The translations under genes were made by a program, and so were the position numbers. DNA of 64,000 bases, taken from the NCBI GenBank assembly GCA_964016885.1, contig OZ024744.1:99014001-99078000 (forward strand), read 5' to 3'. This document shows positions 62,501-64,000 of the stretch, in pieces (position 1 is the stretch's first letter; each line of letters starts with the position of its first letter). The notes under the pieces were generated by a model. It was not told the origin of the DNA. It worked only from the letters and a program-made list of their open reading frames with translations, and did no database searches. This DNA is from Eledone cirrhosa (taxonomy: Eukaryota).

Positions 62501-64000
62501 CAGATCTAAACATCAACATCAGAAGACTGCAGGCTACCACAAAGCTCAGATCTAAACATCAACATCAGAAGACAGCAGGCTACCACAAAGCTCTGATCTA
62601 AACATCAACATCTGAAGACTGCAGGCTACCACAAAGCTCAGATCTAAACATCAACAACAGATGACTGCAGGCTACCACAAAGCTCAGATCTAAACATCAA
62701 CAACAGAAGACTGCAGGCTACCACAAAGCTCAGATCTAAACATCAACATCTGAAGACTGCAGGCTACCACAAAGTTCAGATCTAAACATCAACATCTGAA
62801 GACTGCAGGCTACCACAAAGCTCAGATCTAAACATCAACATCTAAAGACTGCAGGCTACCATAAAGCTCACATCTAAACATCAACATCTGAAGACTGCAG
62901 GCTACCACAAAGCTCAGATCTAAACATCAACATCTGAAGACTGCAGGCTACCACAAAGCTCAGATCTAAACATCAACATCTGAAGACTGCAGGCTACCAC
63001 AAAGCTCAGATCTGATTATCAACATCTGAAGACTGCAGGCTACCACAAAGCTCAGATATAAACATCAACATCAGAAGACTGCAGGCTACCACAAAGCTCA
63101 GATCTATACATCAACATCTGAAGACTGCAGGCTACCACAAAGCTCAGATCTAAACATCAACATCAGAAGACTGCAGGCTACCACAAAGCTCAGATCTAAA
63201 CATACACATCTAAAGACTGCAGGCTACCACAAAGCTCAGATCTAAACATCAACATCTGAAGGCTGCAGGCTACCACAAAGCTCAGAAGACTGCAGTCTAC
63301 CACAAAGCTCAGATCTAAACATCAACATCTGAAGACTGCAGGCTACCACAAAGCTCAGATCTAAACATCAACATCTGAAGACTGCAGGCTACCACAAAGC
63401 TCAGATCTAAACATCAACATCAGAAGACTGCAAGCTACCACAAAGCTCAGATATAAACATCAACATCAGAAGACTGCAGTCTACCACAAAGCTCAGATCT
63501 AAACATCAACATCTAAAGACTGCGGGCTACCACAAAGCTTAGAACTAAACATCAACATCAGAAGACTGCAGACTACCACAAAGCTCAGATATAAACATCA
63601 ACATCTGAAGACTGCAGGCTACCACAAAGCTCAGATCTAATCATCAACATCAGAAGACTGCAGGCTACCACAAAGCTCAGATCTAAACATCAATATCTGA
63701 AGACTGCAGGCTACCACAAAGCTCAGATCTAAACATCAACAACAGATGACTGCAGGCTACCACAAAGCTCAGATCTAAACATCAACATCTGAAGACTGCA
63801 GGCTACCACAAAGCTCAGATCTAAACATCAACATCAGAAGACTGCAGGCTACCACAAAGCTCAGATCTAAACATCAACAACAGATGACTGCAGGCTACCA
63901 CAAAGCTCAGATCTAAACATCAACATCTGAAGACTGCAGGCTACCACAAAGCTCAGATCTAAACATCAACATCTGAAGACTGCAGGCTACCACAAAGCTC
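47586..64000. repeat. 46-bp satellite array, more than 16.4 kb (roughly 360 units), running off the right edge
   Basis: Unit GAAGACTGCAGGCTACCACAAAGCTCAGATCTAAACATCAACATCT, containing PstI and BglII sites. Recurrent 27-bp truncated units and higher-order duplication. Confidence 0.99.

Noticed and set aside
47586-64000. CTGAAGA plus a weak stem in each 46-bp unit, suggesting a hammerhead satellite or a CRISPR-like array
   Set aside because: There is no GAAA after the stem and no stem I complement. There are no unique spacers or cas genes, and the DNA is eukaryotic.

Overview
Eukaryotic, repeat-rich animal DNA. The SINE families and AT-rich introns suggest a coleoid cephalopod, probably Octopus (inference). 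The only intact protein-coding gene is DDOST/OST48, the oligosaccharyltransferase 48-kDa subunit, on the minus strand. I assembled it by hand as 11 coding exons between 41860 and 10683. All introns are GT-AG, phases join correctly, and the CDS is 1383 nt (460 aa) from the first ATG. The rest is mobile and repetitive DNA: decayed CRE-clade RLE retrotransposons (one with an N-terminal PHD finger), RTE and CR1 LINE tails, CORE-type and Nin-type tRNA SINEs, piggyBac-, hAT- and mariner-like MITEs, non-autonomous Helitrons, about ten minisatellites (several traceable to these elements), and a 46-bp satellite of more than 16 kb with higher-order structure. The most unusual signal is a set of short fold-back elements sitting in (TA)n tracts. 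Two of them carry complete type I hammerhead ribozyme motifs (35336-35409 and 38143-38215), both antisense in DDOST intron 1. The long repetitive ORFs in the track are satellite artefacts.
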